Below the pieces are notes generated by a model that saw only the letters and a list, made by a program, of their open reading frames with translations, made no database searches and had not been told where the DNA came from. From an uncultured delta proteobacterium (GTDB lineage Bacteria > Desulfobacterota > Binatia > Binatales > Binataceae), in NCBI GenBank assembly GCA_963765675.1, contig CAVXXK010000004.1:192001-256000 (forward strand): a stretch of DNA of 64,000 bases. The letters run 5' to 3'. Position numbers and translations under genes: made by a program. Below are positions 47,209 to 57,529 of the stretch, one piece after another; the stretch's first letter is position 1, and the number at the start of each line of letters is the position of its first letter.

Positions 47209-48357
47209 ATGAAAGTGGCAAAGGCAAAATCGAAAAAGGCTGCCCCCAAGCCTAAAAAGAAACAGGTCAAGGTAAAGGTCCGCGCCAAGCCGGCGCGAAA
47301 GCCAACTCCCAAGCCGGCGCCTAAGAAGAAAGCCGTGGCAGCGAGGCCGGTGGCGCGAGCTGCTGCGTCGCCGCGGCCGGCGGCCAGGCCTGCATCGCCC
47401 CCCGAACCGAGGATCCCGAGCTACGACGAGCTTCCGGTGCGGGCAGGAGCTCCAGAGGGCTCCGCGTGGGGCGTGTTCGGCGATCGCGACGAGGTCGGGA
47501 CTATCAACCTGCTGACGCCCGGCCGAGTGCGCGCCGCGGCGGAGTCGATCCGGACCGGCAAAGTCTTCGCGCTCAACCTGCCGATTGACATTCCCAATCC
47601 TCCCCTGTTCACCCGCCAGGCGCATCGCCATACGGTGAAAGAATTCCCCCCGCCGACGAATTTCGTACTCGACGATTATCTCGACAACTTCTATCCGCAG
47701 GCGTCCTCGCAATGGGACGCGCTCGCGCACGTGAAGCATCCGGTGCATGGCGCGTATAACGGAATCCCCGACAATGAGATGACCGGGCGCGGCGGCACGC
47801 GGCTTGGCATCGACAATCTCGCGCGGCGCGGAATCGCGGGACGCGGGGTGCTGGCCGATATCGGCAGGCATTACGCGAAGGTGGGCAAGTCGATCGATTA
47901 CACCAAGGCGGAGTCGATTCCGCTCGAAGATCTGGAGGCGACGCTCACTGCACAGAAATCGCCTCTGCGTGCCGGCGATATCCTGCTGATTCGCATCGGA
48001 TGGACCAAGTTCTACCTGGGCGCCAGCACCGAGCTCAAAGAGGAACTCGCGCGCGAAACGGTCGTGCCGGGAATCGAGGGCAGCCAGCGCGTCGCGCGAT
48101 GGCTCTGGGAGCATCACCTGGCCGCGGTCGCATCTGATTCACCCGCGCTCGAAGCGCTGCCGAAATCGGGCGACCAGGAGTTCCTGCATTTTCACATGCT
48201 GGCGTTCTTCGGAATGCCAATCGGCGAGATGTGGAATCTCGAGCCGCTGGCGGAAGACTGCGCGGCTGACGGCGTGTACGAATTTTTCCTGACCTCGGCG
48301 CCGCTCAATGTGCCCGGCGGAGTCGGCTCGCCGCCCAACGCGCTCGCGATCAAGTAG
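47209..48357 (+). CDS. Cyclase/kynurenine formamidase family metal hydrolase with Lys/Ala/Pro-rich N-terminal tail
   Basis: AGGAGG RBS; DEVGTINLL, QASSQWDALAH, GRGVLAD, GDILLIRIGW, GEMWNLE, GGVGSPPNA. Confidence 0.85.
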   Translation: MKVAKAKSKKAAPKPKKKQVKVKVRAKPARKPTPKPAPKKKAVAARPVARAAASPRPAARPASPPEPRIPSYDELPVRAGAPEGSAWGVFGDRDEVGTINLLTPGRVRAAAESIRTGKVFALNLPIDIPNPPLFTRQAHRHTVKEFPPPTNFVLDDYLDNFYPQASSQWDALAHVKHPVHGAYNGIPDNEMTGRGGTRLGIDNLARRGIAGRGVLADIGRHYAKVGKSIDYTKAESIPLEDLEATLTAQKSPLRAGDILLIRIGWTKFYLGASTELKEELARETVVPGIEGSQRVARWLWEHHLAAVASDSPALEALPKSGDQEFLHFHMLAFFGMPIGEMWNLEPLAEDCAADGVYEFFLTSAPLNVPGGVGSPPNALAIK

Positions 48358-48395
48358 AATGCCAGTCGATTAGATTGAAATTAGCGTGAAATTAA

Positions 48396-48427
48396 GATGC
48401 GGGCGAGGAATTAACCTCGCCCGCATC
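48396..48427. terminator. Hairpin between convergent genes
   Basis: GATGCGGGCGAGG-AATTAA-CCTCGCCCGCATC perfect 13-bp stem. Confidence 0.7.
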
Positions 48428-48472
48428 GCTTAGGGTTTCCCCCCAACCCGAGATCGTCGCGGTGATCTCAAG

Positions 48473-49606
48473 TCATGCGGTGTCACCCATCATTTCGGCG
48501 AAGTTGCGGCTATAGAACCGCTCTTTCGCTTGCTCACTGACCTGGCCCATCGTCGCCTCGAAGCGGCCGATTGGATCTTTGGTCCCCTCCGGATGCGGAT
48601 AATCGGTCGAGAACAGCAGCATCTCGGGGCCTGAATTCTCGATGATCCAGCCCACCGGCTCGTTCGGAAAAGGGGTGAACTTCACCTGCCGGCGCAGGTA
48701 ATCCGACGCTTTGAGCGGCAGGTTCAGCGCCGGTTCGGTCTTGCGAAAACTCTGCTGACAGATATCGAGGCGGCGCAGCAGCGCGGGCAGGTACATCGCG
48801 CCCTGCTCGATTACGCCGCCCTGCAGTTTCGGGAATTTCTCGAAGATTCCGTCGAGCACCATGCAGGCCAGGAATTGTTCGGGCGTCTGGTGGATCACCA
48901 TGTAGTCTTTCGCGCGCACGTTCTCGCCGCCGCCCAGCCAATCGGTGGTCGGCGCGAGTCCGTTGTCGTTGAATGCCCGGCGCAGCGCGCGGCCGCCTCC
49001 ACCGATGTGCAGCATGAACGGAATCCCGCGCTCCTGGAGCATCGCCCACAGCGGATGAAAATCAGGATGCGTCGGCGACTTGGCGCCCGGCATCGAGTTC
49101 ACCAGCATCGCGCCGCACCCAGCGTCGAGCGCGGCTTCGGCCTCCGCGCAGGTACGCTCGCCCCACGGGACCGAGCCAACCGCAATCAGGCGGCGGTCAA
49201 CGGAGCAGAAGTCCGCGATCGCGCGGTTGAGTGCACGCGTGCCGCCCCACAGAAGCTCCGCGTCGCTACCGAGAAACTGGGAAAAGGCGAAGGTCGGGAA
49301 TACGAGCTGCCTATCCACGCCGATCAGATCGAGCGCGCGGCTGCGCTCGGCCGGATCGAATGCGCCCAGCGCGAGCCATCCCTTGGGCGTCATCACGTTT
49401 TCTTCGAGCTTGACGGTCGCGCGCGGATCGGCGGCGCGCGCCTTGGCCTGCGCGATAAGTTCCGCGGCTTTGGCGCCCGCTCCGCCCAGATAGAGCGGGC
49501 GGATCCGTTCGCGGATGCCGGGGTCGGCGTACTTCGGGAGCCATTCGCTCAGCTCCATCAGATGGCTGTCGGCGTCGTAAAAAGTCCGGCCTTGGGCGTA
49601 GGGCAT
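48473..49606 (-). CDS. Amidohydrolase family 2 protein
   Basis: DADSHLME, LVFPT, MLHIG, FSTDYPHPEG. Confidence 0.88.
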   Translation of the reverse strand: MPYAQGRTFYDADSHLMELSEWLPKYADPGIRERIRPLYLGGAGAKAAELIAQAKARAADPRATVKLEENVMTPKGWLALGAFDPAERSRALDLIGVDRQLVFPTFAFSQFLGSDAELLWGGTRALNRAIADFCSVDRRLIAVGSVPWGERTCAEAEAALDAGCGAMLVNSMPGAKSPTHPDFHPLWAMLQERGIPFMLHIGGGGRALRRAFNDNGLAPTTDWLGGGENVRAKDYMVIHQTPEQFLACMVLDGIFEKFPKLQGGVIEQGAMYLPALLRRLDICQQSFRKTEPALNLPLKASDYLRRQVKFTPFPNEPVGWIIENSGPEMLLFSTDYPHPEGTKDPIGRFEATMGQVSEQAKERFYSRNFAEMMGDTA

Positions 49607-49676
49607 TGCTGGTTCCCTCGACTATAATGCGCACACTGATCGTCCAGGGTTGCGCTCGGGTGAAATCTAGTTTGAA

Positions 49677-49692
49677 TTGACGCTACCGTCAA
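49677..49692. promoter_or_regulatory. Putative TetR operator
   Basis: Palindrome TTGACG-CTAC-CGTCAA between the divergent amidohydrolase and tetR genes. Confidence 0.55.
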
Positions 49693-49741
49693 CTGGCGTC
49701 AACCGGAAGATTATGCGCAATCTGGCGGGAAGGTCCTTGCG

Positions 49742-50383
49742 ATGACTCATGTGACCGCCGCCGAAAAATCTGCCGTCAGGTCCGCGGAACGCCAGGCTCC
49801 CGCGCGGATGCCTGCGGCCGCCCGCCGTGCGCATCTGCTGCAGGCGGCGGCACGGATCATCGTGAAGGAAGGCTTCGAGGCGCTCACGATGGAATCGCTG
49901 GCCGCGCACGCCGGCGTCAGCAAGGGACTCGGCTACGCCTACTTCGAGAACTCGGAAGAAGTCGCGCTGGCGCTATTCGATCAGGAAATCGCCTCGATGT
50001 ACCGCAGGGTCGGCGACGCGATGGACGCGGAGGCACCGTTCGAGGAGCGGGTGCGCGCCGCGATATCGACCTACCTTGATATCGTCGACGATCGCGGCGC
50101 GCTGATCGCGATCCTGCAGAATCGGCTGAGCGGGCGGCGGTTGCGCAAGAATGTGCGCGCGCGCCTGGGGCCGTTTTTCGAGCTATGGACGCGGCATATT
50201 CGAACCGCGCTAAAGCCCTCGCGCGCGGATGCGGAGATACTCACCACGATGGTCTTGAGCCTGTCGGACTCGATTGGGCGCGCCGTCGGCACCGGCCGCG
50301 CATCACGCCGCGCGGCCGAAGAGCTGGCCGTCGCGTTCGTGATCGCCGGACTCACCGGCGCCACCACCCACAAGCGCAATTGA
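49742..50383 (+). CDS. TetR/AcrR family transcriptional regulator
   Basis: RRAHLLQAA...GFEALTMESLAAHAGVSKGLGYAYF. Confidence 0.9.
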   Translation: MTHVTAAEKSAVRSAERQAPARMPAAARRAHLLQAAARIIVKEGFEALTMESLAAHAGVSKGLGYAYFENSEEVALALFDQEIASMYRRVGDAMDAEAPFEERVRAAISTYLDIVDDRGALIAILQNRLSGRRLRKNVRARLGPFFELWTRHIRTALKPSRADAEILTTMVLSLSDSIGRAVGTGRASRRAAEELAVAFVIAGLTGATTHKRN

Positions 50384-50409
50384 CGCGAGTCCCGCTCCTG
50401 TGCGAAGCG

Positions 50410-51696
50410 CTAGTGGCCGGCTTTCGCCATCGCCTCGGTGCTCAGGAACTCCTTATCGACCGCGCCCATGTTGATATACCAGCATTCGCGCTCGGGCGTG
50501 TCGGGGCCGGGCAGATAACAGGTCGTCACCATCCCGGATTGCAAGTCAGCGCTCGAGGCTGCGACGTTGAACTCGCGCTTGAAGGGATAAATCGCGACCT
50601 TGGCTTCAGGAATCGGACGATCGCGATAAGTGAAAAGATAAATCTGCGTTTTCCACAACTCGCCCCTGGTGTCGTAGCTGTCCATGTACGGATTGAGCCA
50701 CGCTTCGCCATCGACGTAGGCGATCGTCTTGGATTGCAGGATCTGGCTGGTCCGCTCCGGACGCGGGGTTATCTCGACGATGTACATGTGCCGCATCTCC
50801 CAATCGTCGGGACATGAAGTCGCGCCGCCGTCGGTCGGGCACGGATGCGCCGGCGAATTCTGCGCGTGGACGCACGCGAGCATCTCGCGCTCGCCCAGAA
50901 ACTTGTAGTTGTATTCCTGCGGCTTGGCGTTGAAGCCGCCCGCATGATCGGGATCCCAGGTCGATAGCCCCGGCGACGAGGTCAGAATCGTCTCGTTGAC
51001 GCGGCGGATACGCCGACTGCCCGACAGAAAGGCCCACGCGTCGTCGCCTTTGTCGGGGTCCCAGTAGCGATAGCGCATCCCGCCGCTGCCGCGATCTTCC
51101 GCGGGCGCGATAGTTGGATACGCGGCGGCGCGCCACCAGATACCTGTGGTTTTGAAATCAGGATCGGCGGGCAGCGGCTCGACTTCGGTGCGGCCGATAT
51201 CGTAGTAGCCGGCGAGGTGTCCGGTCTCCGTGAAGGTGATCAGATTCTGAGCGCCGCCGGGATTGAAACGCGAGACCTGGCACTCGAAATAGCGCAGATC
51301 GAAATCGTCGGTCGCGATCGGCTTGAAGTTCGAGTTCCACATGATCTTGGTCGCAACGTCGGGATCGTTTGGATCGAGCAGCGGAAACGGCTGCCCCGCG
51401 ACGTAACCGATAATCGTGCGGCGGTCCGGCCCTAGGCGCACTTGCGGCGAGTACTTCTCGGTCGCAATCTGATAGGGAGGCGGCCATTCGATTCGTCCCG
51501 GCGCGACGATATGCATCTGCATCCCCTTGGTCACCGCCTGGTAAGTGCCGGGGCTCACGAGAGTCTGGACCTCCGCAGCGTTTGCCTGAGTGATAGTTTC
51601 GCCGGGTTTTACTTCGGCGGCGAGTACTGGATTACCGAAGACGAGCAACATGGCCACGGCCAGAGGAGCAGACTTCGCGAGGGATGGAATTTTCAT
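50410..51696 (-). CDS. DUF1329 domain periplasmic protein
   Basis: Signal peptide; KPGETIT, GQPFP...DP..ATKIMWN, DDAWAF..SRRIRR, YDTRGELWK. Confidence 0.78.
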   Translation of the reverse strand: MKIPSLAKSAPLAVAMLLVFGNPVLAAEVKPGETITQANAAEVQTLVSPGTYQAVTKGMQMHIVAPGRIEWPPPYQIATEKYSPQVRLGPDRRTIIGYVAGQPFPLLDPNDPDVATKIMWNSNFKPIATDDFDLRYFECQVSRFNPGGAQNLITFTETGHLAGYYDIGRTEVEPLPADPDFKTTGIWWRAAAYPTIAPAEDRGSGGMRYRYWDPDKGDDAWAFLSGSRRIRRVNETILTSSPGLSTWDPDHAGGFNAKPQEYNYKFLGEREMLACVHAQNSPAHPCPTDGGATSCPDDWEMRHMYIVEITPRPERTSQILQSKTIAYVDGEAWLNPYMDSYDTRGELWKTQIYLFTYRDRPIPEAKVAIYPFKREFNVAASSADLQSGMVTTCYLPGPDTPERECWYINMGAVDKEFLSTEAMAKAGH

Positions 51697-51823
51697 GCGC
51701 GTGACCCTATCACGCGTTAGAGAACTAGCGCTAATCATCGAAGGCGGGCGGCCGGAACACGTGGCACCTCCCTTTCAGGGCGATGGCTCAGCGTGAGATC
51801 AGAAAGATGGGCTCGGAGAGATT

Positions 51824-53311
51824 TCAGACGGGGCCGGTGAAGAAGTGCAGGGAGCGGGTCGCGAAGGACATTACTGGAGCCCAGTAGATTCCGAGAATGA
51901 TCGTCGCGCAGGCGAGGACGCCCATCAGGCCGTAGTTCCAGAAATCAAATGTAACAGTGCCTTCGTCGCCATTGGGGGTGTCCAGGAACATCGTCTTGAT
52001 CGGGCCCATGTAGTAATAAAGCGAGACTACCGCGTTCAGAACTCCGACCAGCGCCAGCCAGTAGAACTTGCCCTTGATTACCGCGGCGAACAGATAGAAC
52101 TTGCCGATGAATCCTATCGTTAGAGGGATTCCGGTTAGAGAGAAGAGGAAGATTGTCAGCGCGACCGCAGGTACGATTCCGCCGCGCCAGGCGAGGCCGC
52201 GGTAGGCGCCGATATCTTCACGGCCGGTCGAGTTGGCGACGATCATCACCACCAGGAACGCGCCCGCGTCCATCACGTAGTAGGCAAAGAGGTAGAACAG
52301 CATCGCGCGGATTCCGTCGTTCGACAGCACGACGAAACCCATCAGCGCGTAGCCGGCCTGCGCGATCGAGGAGTACGCGAGCAGGCGCTTCATGTTGGTC
52401 TGCTGCAGCGCGGCCAGGTTGCCGAGCGTCATCGTGATCATGCAGATGAAGAGCAGCAGTTCGGGCCAATCGACGCCCGTGAGCGCCTGCCAATTGCCGG
52501 CCGCGGTCATCGACGACAGGGCGGGATAGAAAAATCGCGTCAGCAGCGCGAATCCCGCGGCCTTCGAGCCGATCGCGAGGAAGGTCGTTATCGGAATCGG
52601 CGCGCCCTGGTAGACGTCGGGCGCCCACATGTGAAACGGCACCGACGCGACTTTGTAGCCCATCCCGGCCAGGATCAGCACGAGCGAGATAAACACCGCG
52701 AGGACCGGGATATGTCCGGGGCTCGTCAGCGCGCGGTTGATCACGTTGAAATCGAGCGAGCCGGTGATTCCGAAAATCCAGCTCATCCCGTAGATCATCG
52801 TGCCCGAGGCGACGCCGCCGTAGATCAGGTATTTCAGCGCGGCTTCGAGCGAGCGGCGGTTGTGTTTCAGAAATCCGGTCAGGATATAGGAAGTCAGCGA
52901 GACGAATTCGAGCGCGAGATACGCCATCAGCAGATTCGCCGACTCCGCCATCAGGAACATTGCGAACGTGCTCGCCAGCAGAATCGCGTAGTACTCGCCC
53001 TGATCGCATCCGCGGACTTCTTCCGATCCGATCGACATCCAGACCGCGACGATCGCGGCCAGCGCGATCAGCGCGCGGAAAAAAATCGCGAACGAATCGA
53101 ATACCAGCATCCGATGGAACAGCCACGCACCCGGGGTGATTGGCTCGAGCGCGATCAGCAGCAGCGCGACAACAGTGATGAGCAGCGCGATATCGCCGAG
53201 CCGGCGCTTATCCGCCATCAGCAGATCCAGGATCACCAGCAGCAGAATTCCGCCGGCGAGCACCAGCTCGGGCGCAAAGTGAATCAGGCTCGCGTAATTG
53301 CCGAGGTCCAT
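51824..53311 (-). CDS. nuoN: NADH-quinone oxidoreductase subunit N
   Basis: EAALKYL, GYKVASVPFHMWAPDVYQGAP, KRLLAYSSIAQAGY. Confidence 0.95.
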   Translation of the reverse strand: MDLGNYASLIHFAPELVLAGGILLLVILDLLMADKRRLGDIALLITVVALLLIALEPITPGAWLFHRMLVFDSFAIFFRALIALAAIVAVWMSIGSEEVRGCDQGEYYAILLASTFAMFLMAESANLLMAYLALEFVSLTSYILTGFLKHNRRSLEAALKYLIYGGVASGTMIYGMSWIFGITGSLDFNVINRALTSPGHIPVLAVFISLVLILAGMGYKVASVPFHMWAPDVYQGAPIPITTFLAIGSKAAGFALLTRFFYPALSSMTAAGNWQALTGVDWPELLLFICMITMTLGNLAALQQTNMKRLLAYSSIAQAGYALMGFVVLSNDGIRAMLFYLFAYYVMDAGAFLVVMIVANSTGREDIGAYRGLAWRGGIVPAVALTIFLFSLTGIPLTIGFIGKFYLFAAVIKGKFYWLALVGVLNAVVSLYYYMGPIKTMFLDTPNGDEGTVTFDFWNYGLMGVLACATIILGIYWAPVMSFATRSLHFFTGPV

Positions 53312-53344
53312 CAGCGCATCATCCCATCAGTCCGTCAGTTGCCA

Positions 53345-54844
53345 TCAATGCCAGAGCGCAATCGCGGAGACCGGCGTTGACAGCACCACCTGGTTCAGAT
53401 GCGTGAGCGAGCTATTGAGCAGGCCCAGCACCGCATGCGGATAGACGCCGAGGATCAGCACGATGATCGCGAGCGGCACGAGGGTGAACGCCTCGCGCAG
53501 CGAGAGGTCGGCGAAGCCCTTGTACTTTTCGTTGAACGGCCCGAGGTAGATTCGCTGATAGGTCCAGAGCAGGTAGCCGGCGGTCAGGATCGCGGTCGCA
53601 GCGGCGAACACCGTCATAATCGGATAGGTCTGCCACGCGCCGATCAGGACCAGCACTTCGGAAATGAACGCCGACATTCCGGGCAGGCCCATCCCGGCGA
53701 AGAACGCGAAGCCGGTGAAGGCGGCGTAGATCGGCATCTGCTGCGCAAGGCCGCCGAAGCCCGCGATCTCGCGATGATGCGCGCGATCGTAAATCACGCC
53801 GACCAGGATGAAGAGCATCGCCGTGATAGTGCCGTGATTGAACATCTGGAGGACGGCGCCGTCGATTCCCGCGGCGGTGAACGACGCGATTCCGAGCATC
53901 ACGTAGCCCATGTGGCTGATCGACGAATAGGCGATGAGCTTCTTGTAGTCGGTCTGCGCCATCGCGCACATCGCGCCGTAAACGATATTGATCGTGCCGA
54001 TCACGCCGAGGAACAGCCACGCGAGCTCGTGGGTCGCGGCGGGCAGAATCGCGAAGTTGACGCGCAGGATTCCGTAGGTGCCCATCTTGAGCAGCACGCC
54101 TGCGAGGATCACGGAGATCGCGGTCGGTGCTTCGACGTGCGCGTCGGGCAGCCAGGTGTGGAACGGGAAGGCGGGAATCTTGATCGCGAAGCCGATGAAC
54201 AGCGCGATCCATGCGACGCGCTGGAAAGCGATCGAGTAGTGCGAGGCGTTGGCCGCGAGCACCGTCATGTCGAAGGTGTTCTGCGCGCCGTAGAAATACA
54301 GCCCCAGCATCGCCAGCAGGATCAGCACGGAGCCGAGCAGGGTGTAGAGGAAGAACTTGATCGCGGCGTACTCGCGCCGCGGACCGCCCCACACGCCGAT
54401 CAGGAAGTACATCGGCAGCAGCATCACTTCCCAGAAAATGTAGAACAGGAAAAAATCCAGCGAGACGAAGACGCCCATCATCCCGGCGTCGAGCATCAAG
54501 AGCAGCGCGTAATAGGCCTTCTCGGCGCGGTTGATCCCGAAGCTTGCGAACACGGAGATAAAGCAGATGAGCGCCGTCAGCAGCACCATCGAGATGCTGA
54601 TCCCGTCAACCCCCATGAAGTAGGTGATGTGATACGAGGGCATCCAGTTGAACTTGTCGACGAATTGAGCGGCGGTGGTGGTGGTGTCGAAGGCGCGATA
54701 GAGCCAAATCGCGATCGCGAGCTGCACGCCGGCGGCGACCGCGGCAATCCACCTGAAGCTGCTGCTCATCGCCTTCGGCAAGGCCAGGATAATTACCGCT
54801 CCGATTAAGGGAACGAACGTGATCAGTGTGAGAGGATGGCTCAT
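53345..54844 (-). CDS. nuoM: NADH-quinone oxidoreductase subunit M
   Basis: GVDGIS, FWEVMLLPMY, FPFHTWLPDAHVEAPT, LLKMGTYG. Confidence 0.95.
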   Translation of the reverse strand: MSHPLTLITFVPLIGAVIILALPKAMSSSFRWIAAVAAGVQLAIAIWLYRAFDTTTTAAQFVDKFNWMPSYHITYFMGVDGISISMVLLTALICFISVFASFGINRAEKAYYALLLMLDAGMMGVFVSLDFFLFYIFWEVMLLPMYFLIGVWGGPRREYAAIKFFLYTLLGSVLILLAMLGLYFYGAQNTFDMTVLAANASHYSIAFQRVAWIALFIGFAIKIPAFPFHTWLPDAHVEAPTAISVILAGVLLKMGTYGILRVNFAILPAATHELAWLFLGVIGTINIVYGAMCAMAQTDYKKLIAYSSISHMGYVMLGIASFTAAGIDGAVLQMFNHGTITAMLFILVGVIYDRAHHREIAGFGGLAQQMPIYAAFTGFAFFAGMGLPGMSAFISEVLVLIGAWQTYPIMTVFAAATAILTAGYLLWTYQRIYLGPFNEKYKGFADLSLREAFTLVPLAIIVLILGVYPHAVLGLLNSSLTHLNQVVLSTPVSAIALWH

Positions 54845-54923
54845 TTTGAATAGTGCTCTTGTTCAGAAAGGCTCTTGCCGGCTAACCAACTTTTCCGCTA
54901 CTGCGTTTCCCCGCGCGGCCCGC

Positions 54924-56987
54924 TCACACGCGCAGCATCGCGCGCGCCAGCAGAATCACCATCACCGCGGCCAAAATTCCGTATAGGTAACCATTGATCG
55001 AACCGGTCTGAAGCCTGCGCAGGCGGCTGCCGACATCGAGCGTGACCAGCGACGCCGCGTTCACGAGTCCATCGACGATGTAGCTATCGAACAGGCCCGA
55101 CATCCACGCACCCAGAACCGTGAGCGTGGCAGCCAGGTTCACGATTCCGTCGATAATATTGGAATCGAACCATGCGAGCGCGCGCGTGAGCGCCATGTAT
55201 GGGCCCACGACCGTGAAATCGTAAAGCTCGTCGACGTAGTACTTGTTCTCGATCCACTTGTAAGGCTCGCCGCCAAGCGCGGTGCTGAAACGCGCGGGAT
55301 CGAGCCGCTTCTGCCGGTACATCAGGTCTGCGAGCAACCATCCGATCACGACCATCGAGAAGGTCACGAGGCCGAGCGCGGCCTCGGTGCCATGACTATG
55401 GATACCGGCGTGGGTTAGTTGCACGGTCAGCGGGGAGGCGAAGACGGGATCGAGAAAATCCTCGAACGGTTTGAAGCTCGCGATGAAATCGGGAATCTTG
55501 ACCAGTCCGCCGAAGACCGAAAGCAAGCCAAGCACGATCAGCACGTACACCATCGAGGGCGGTGATTCGTGCAGGTGATGCTGCTGCTCGTGGGTGCCGC
55601 GAAAATCTCCGAAGAAGGTCATATAGACCTGGCGGAACATGTAGAAGACGGTGATCCCCGCGCCGACCAGCAGGAGCAGCCACACCGCGATATGACCGTG
55701 GGCGAACGCCTGCCAGATGATCTCGTCTTTTGACATGAAGCCGGCGAACGGAGGCACGCCCGAGATCGCGAGGGTTGCGGCCAGGAAGGTCAGGAAGGTG
55801 ATCGGCATGTGATGGCGCAGGCCGCCCATCTGGCGCATATCCTGCTCACCGCCCATCGAATGGATGACCGAGCCGGCGCCGAGGAAGAGACAGGCTTTGA
55901 AGAATGCGTGCGTCATCAGGTGGAACACGCCCGCGGCGAACGCGCCGACTCCGACCGCCGCCATCATGTAGCCGAGCTGCGAGACGGTCGAGTAGGCGAG
56001 AACTTTCTTGATGTCGTTTTGCGCGATTCCGACAGTCGCGGCGAAGAACGCCGTCAGGCCGCCAATCACCGCGACCACAGTCATCGTCGCCGGCGCCATC
56101 ACGAACAGGAAATTCATGCGCGCGATCATGTAGATGCCCGCGGTGACCATCGTCGCCGCGTGAATCAGGGCGCTGACGGGGGTCGGGCCGGCCATCGCGT
56201 CGGGCAGCCAGACGTAGAGCGGAATCTGCGCGGATTTTCCGGTCGCTCCGGCGAACATCAGCAGCGTGACGAAGGTGACCATCGTCATGCCGAGGTAGCC
56301 GTGCATCCCGGCCAGAAGCGGCGCGTACTTGGCGATCTCGCGCGTGACGAGAGTCGGATGGCCAACCGCGCCGAGCGAAGCGAACAGCGCGTAGAGTGCG
56401 ACTACGAAAGCGAGATCGCCGATACGATTGACGATAAACGCCTTATTGCCGGCGGTGGTGTTCGCGTAAACCTTGTACCAGAAGCCGATCAGCGCGAAGG
56501 AGCACAGTCCCACGCCCTCCCATCCGACGAACATCAGCCACAGGTTGTCGGCGAGCACGAGGATCAGCATCGCGAAGGTGAACAGGTTGAGCCATCCGAA
56601 GAAGCGCCAGTAGGCGTCGTCGTCGTGCATGTAGCCGGTGGAATAGATGTGGATCAGGCCGCCGACGCCGGTGATGATCAGCGTCATGATCATCGAGAGC
56701 GGGTCGAGCCAGAAGGCGATATCGAGATCGAGGCCGCCGTAATGGATCCACGGCCACACGCTATCGAGCATAAAGCGGGATTCGGGCGCGAGCGCGAGCA
56801 TCGCGAAGAAGGTCCGCACGGCAAGGATAAAGGCGAGGATGATTACGCCGCATCCGACGGCGGTGATTGCGCGTTTGCCGAAGTTTTTTTGCAGCCACGC
56901 GCCGAGCAGAAAATTTATCGTCGCGCCGATTAGCGGCAGCAGGATAATGTAGCGCGCAACCGTTATGCTTACCGGGTGATCCATCAA
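54924..56987 (-). CDS. nuoL: NADH-quinone oxidoreductase subunit L
   Basis: GWEGVGLCS, GKSAQIPLYVWLPDAMAGPTPVSALIHAATMV, THAFFKA. Confidence 0.95.
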   Translation of the reverse strand: MMDHPVSITVARYIILLPLIGATINFLLGAWLQKNFGKRAITAVGCGVIILAFILAVRTFFAMLALAPESRFMLDSVWPWIHYGGLDLDIAFWLDPLSMIMTLIITGVGGLIHIYSTGYMHDDDAYWRFFGWLNLFTFAMLILVLADNLWLMFVGWEGVGLCSFALIGFWYKVYANTTAGNKAFIVNRIGDLAFVVALYALFASLGAVGHPTLVTREIAKYAPLLAGMHGYLGMTMVTFVTLLMFAGATGKSAQIPLYVWLPDAMAGPTPVSALIHAATMVTAGIYMIARMNFLFVMAPATMTVVAVIGGLTAFFAATVGIAQNDIKKVLAYSTVSQLGYMMAAVGVGAFAAGVFHLMTHAFFKACLFLGAGSVIHSMGGEQDMRQMGGLRHHMPITFLTFLAATLAISGVPPFAGFMSKDEIIWQAFAHGHIAVWLLLLVGAGITVFYMFRQVYMTFFGDFRGTHEQQHHLHESPPSMVYVLIVLGLLSVFGGLVKIPDFIASFKPFEDFLDPVFASPLTVQLTHAGIHSHGTEAALGLVTFSMVVIGWLLADLMYRQKRLDPARFSTALGGEPYKWIENKYYVDELYDFTVVGPYMALTRALAWFDSNIIDGIVNLAATLTVLGAWMSGLFDSYIVDGLVNAASLVTLDVGSRLRRLQTGSINGYLYGILAAVMVILLARAMLRV

Positions 56988-57195
56988 TCAAGATTCGCTT
57001 TCACGCAAGGTCCGCTTTCACGCAAGGTCCGGGTTCAGAGGCCGGCAGGAAGCAAATCCACCCACGCCGCCATCGCCGCAATCCCCACCGCGTTCGGGCA
57101 CGCGGCTGATATAAGCAGAAAACCGATCCGCCGAAAAGGAAAATCGATACGTCGCGCGAATCCGCGCGACGAGCTTCGCACGCCCTGCTCCGGCG

Positions 57196-57510
57196 CTATC
57201 CGCTGAGGTTTTCGGTCGCACCGACATCGATGGTCCTGAAGTTCTGGTAGATCGCCAAAACCACGGCGAGACCGATTACCGCCTCGGCGGCGGCGAGCAT
57301 GATCACGAAGATCGCGAAAATCTGGCCGTCGTACTTGCCGCCGCCATAGAACGCGAACGCGAGATAATTGATATTGGCCGAGTTGAGGATCAACTCGACG
57401 CCCATCAGGATGCCGATCGCGTTGCGCCGCGTCAGCACGCAGAACATCCCGAGTGCGAATACGATTAGGCTCAGGATCAAAAAATGATCGAGCCCGATTC
57501 CCCCGCCCAT
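57196..57510 (-). CDS. nuoK: NADH-quinone oxidoreductase subunit K
   Basis: RRNAIGILMGVELILN, AAAEAVIGLA. Confidence 0.95.
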   Translation of the reverse strand: MGGGIGLDHFLILSLIVFALGMFCVLTRRNAIGILMGVELILNSANINYLAFAFYGGGKYDGQIFAIFVIMLAAAEAVIGLAVVLAIYQNFRTIDVGATENLSG

Positions 57511-57529
57511 TTAAGTCCCCGGGCCTCCG

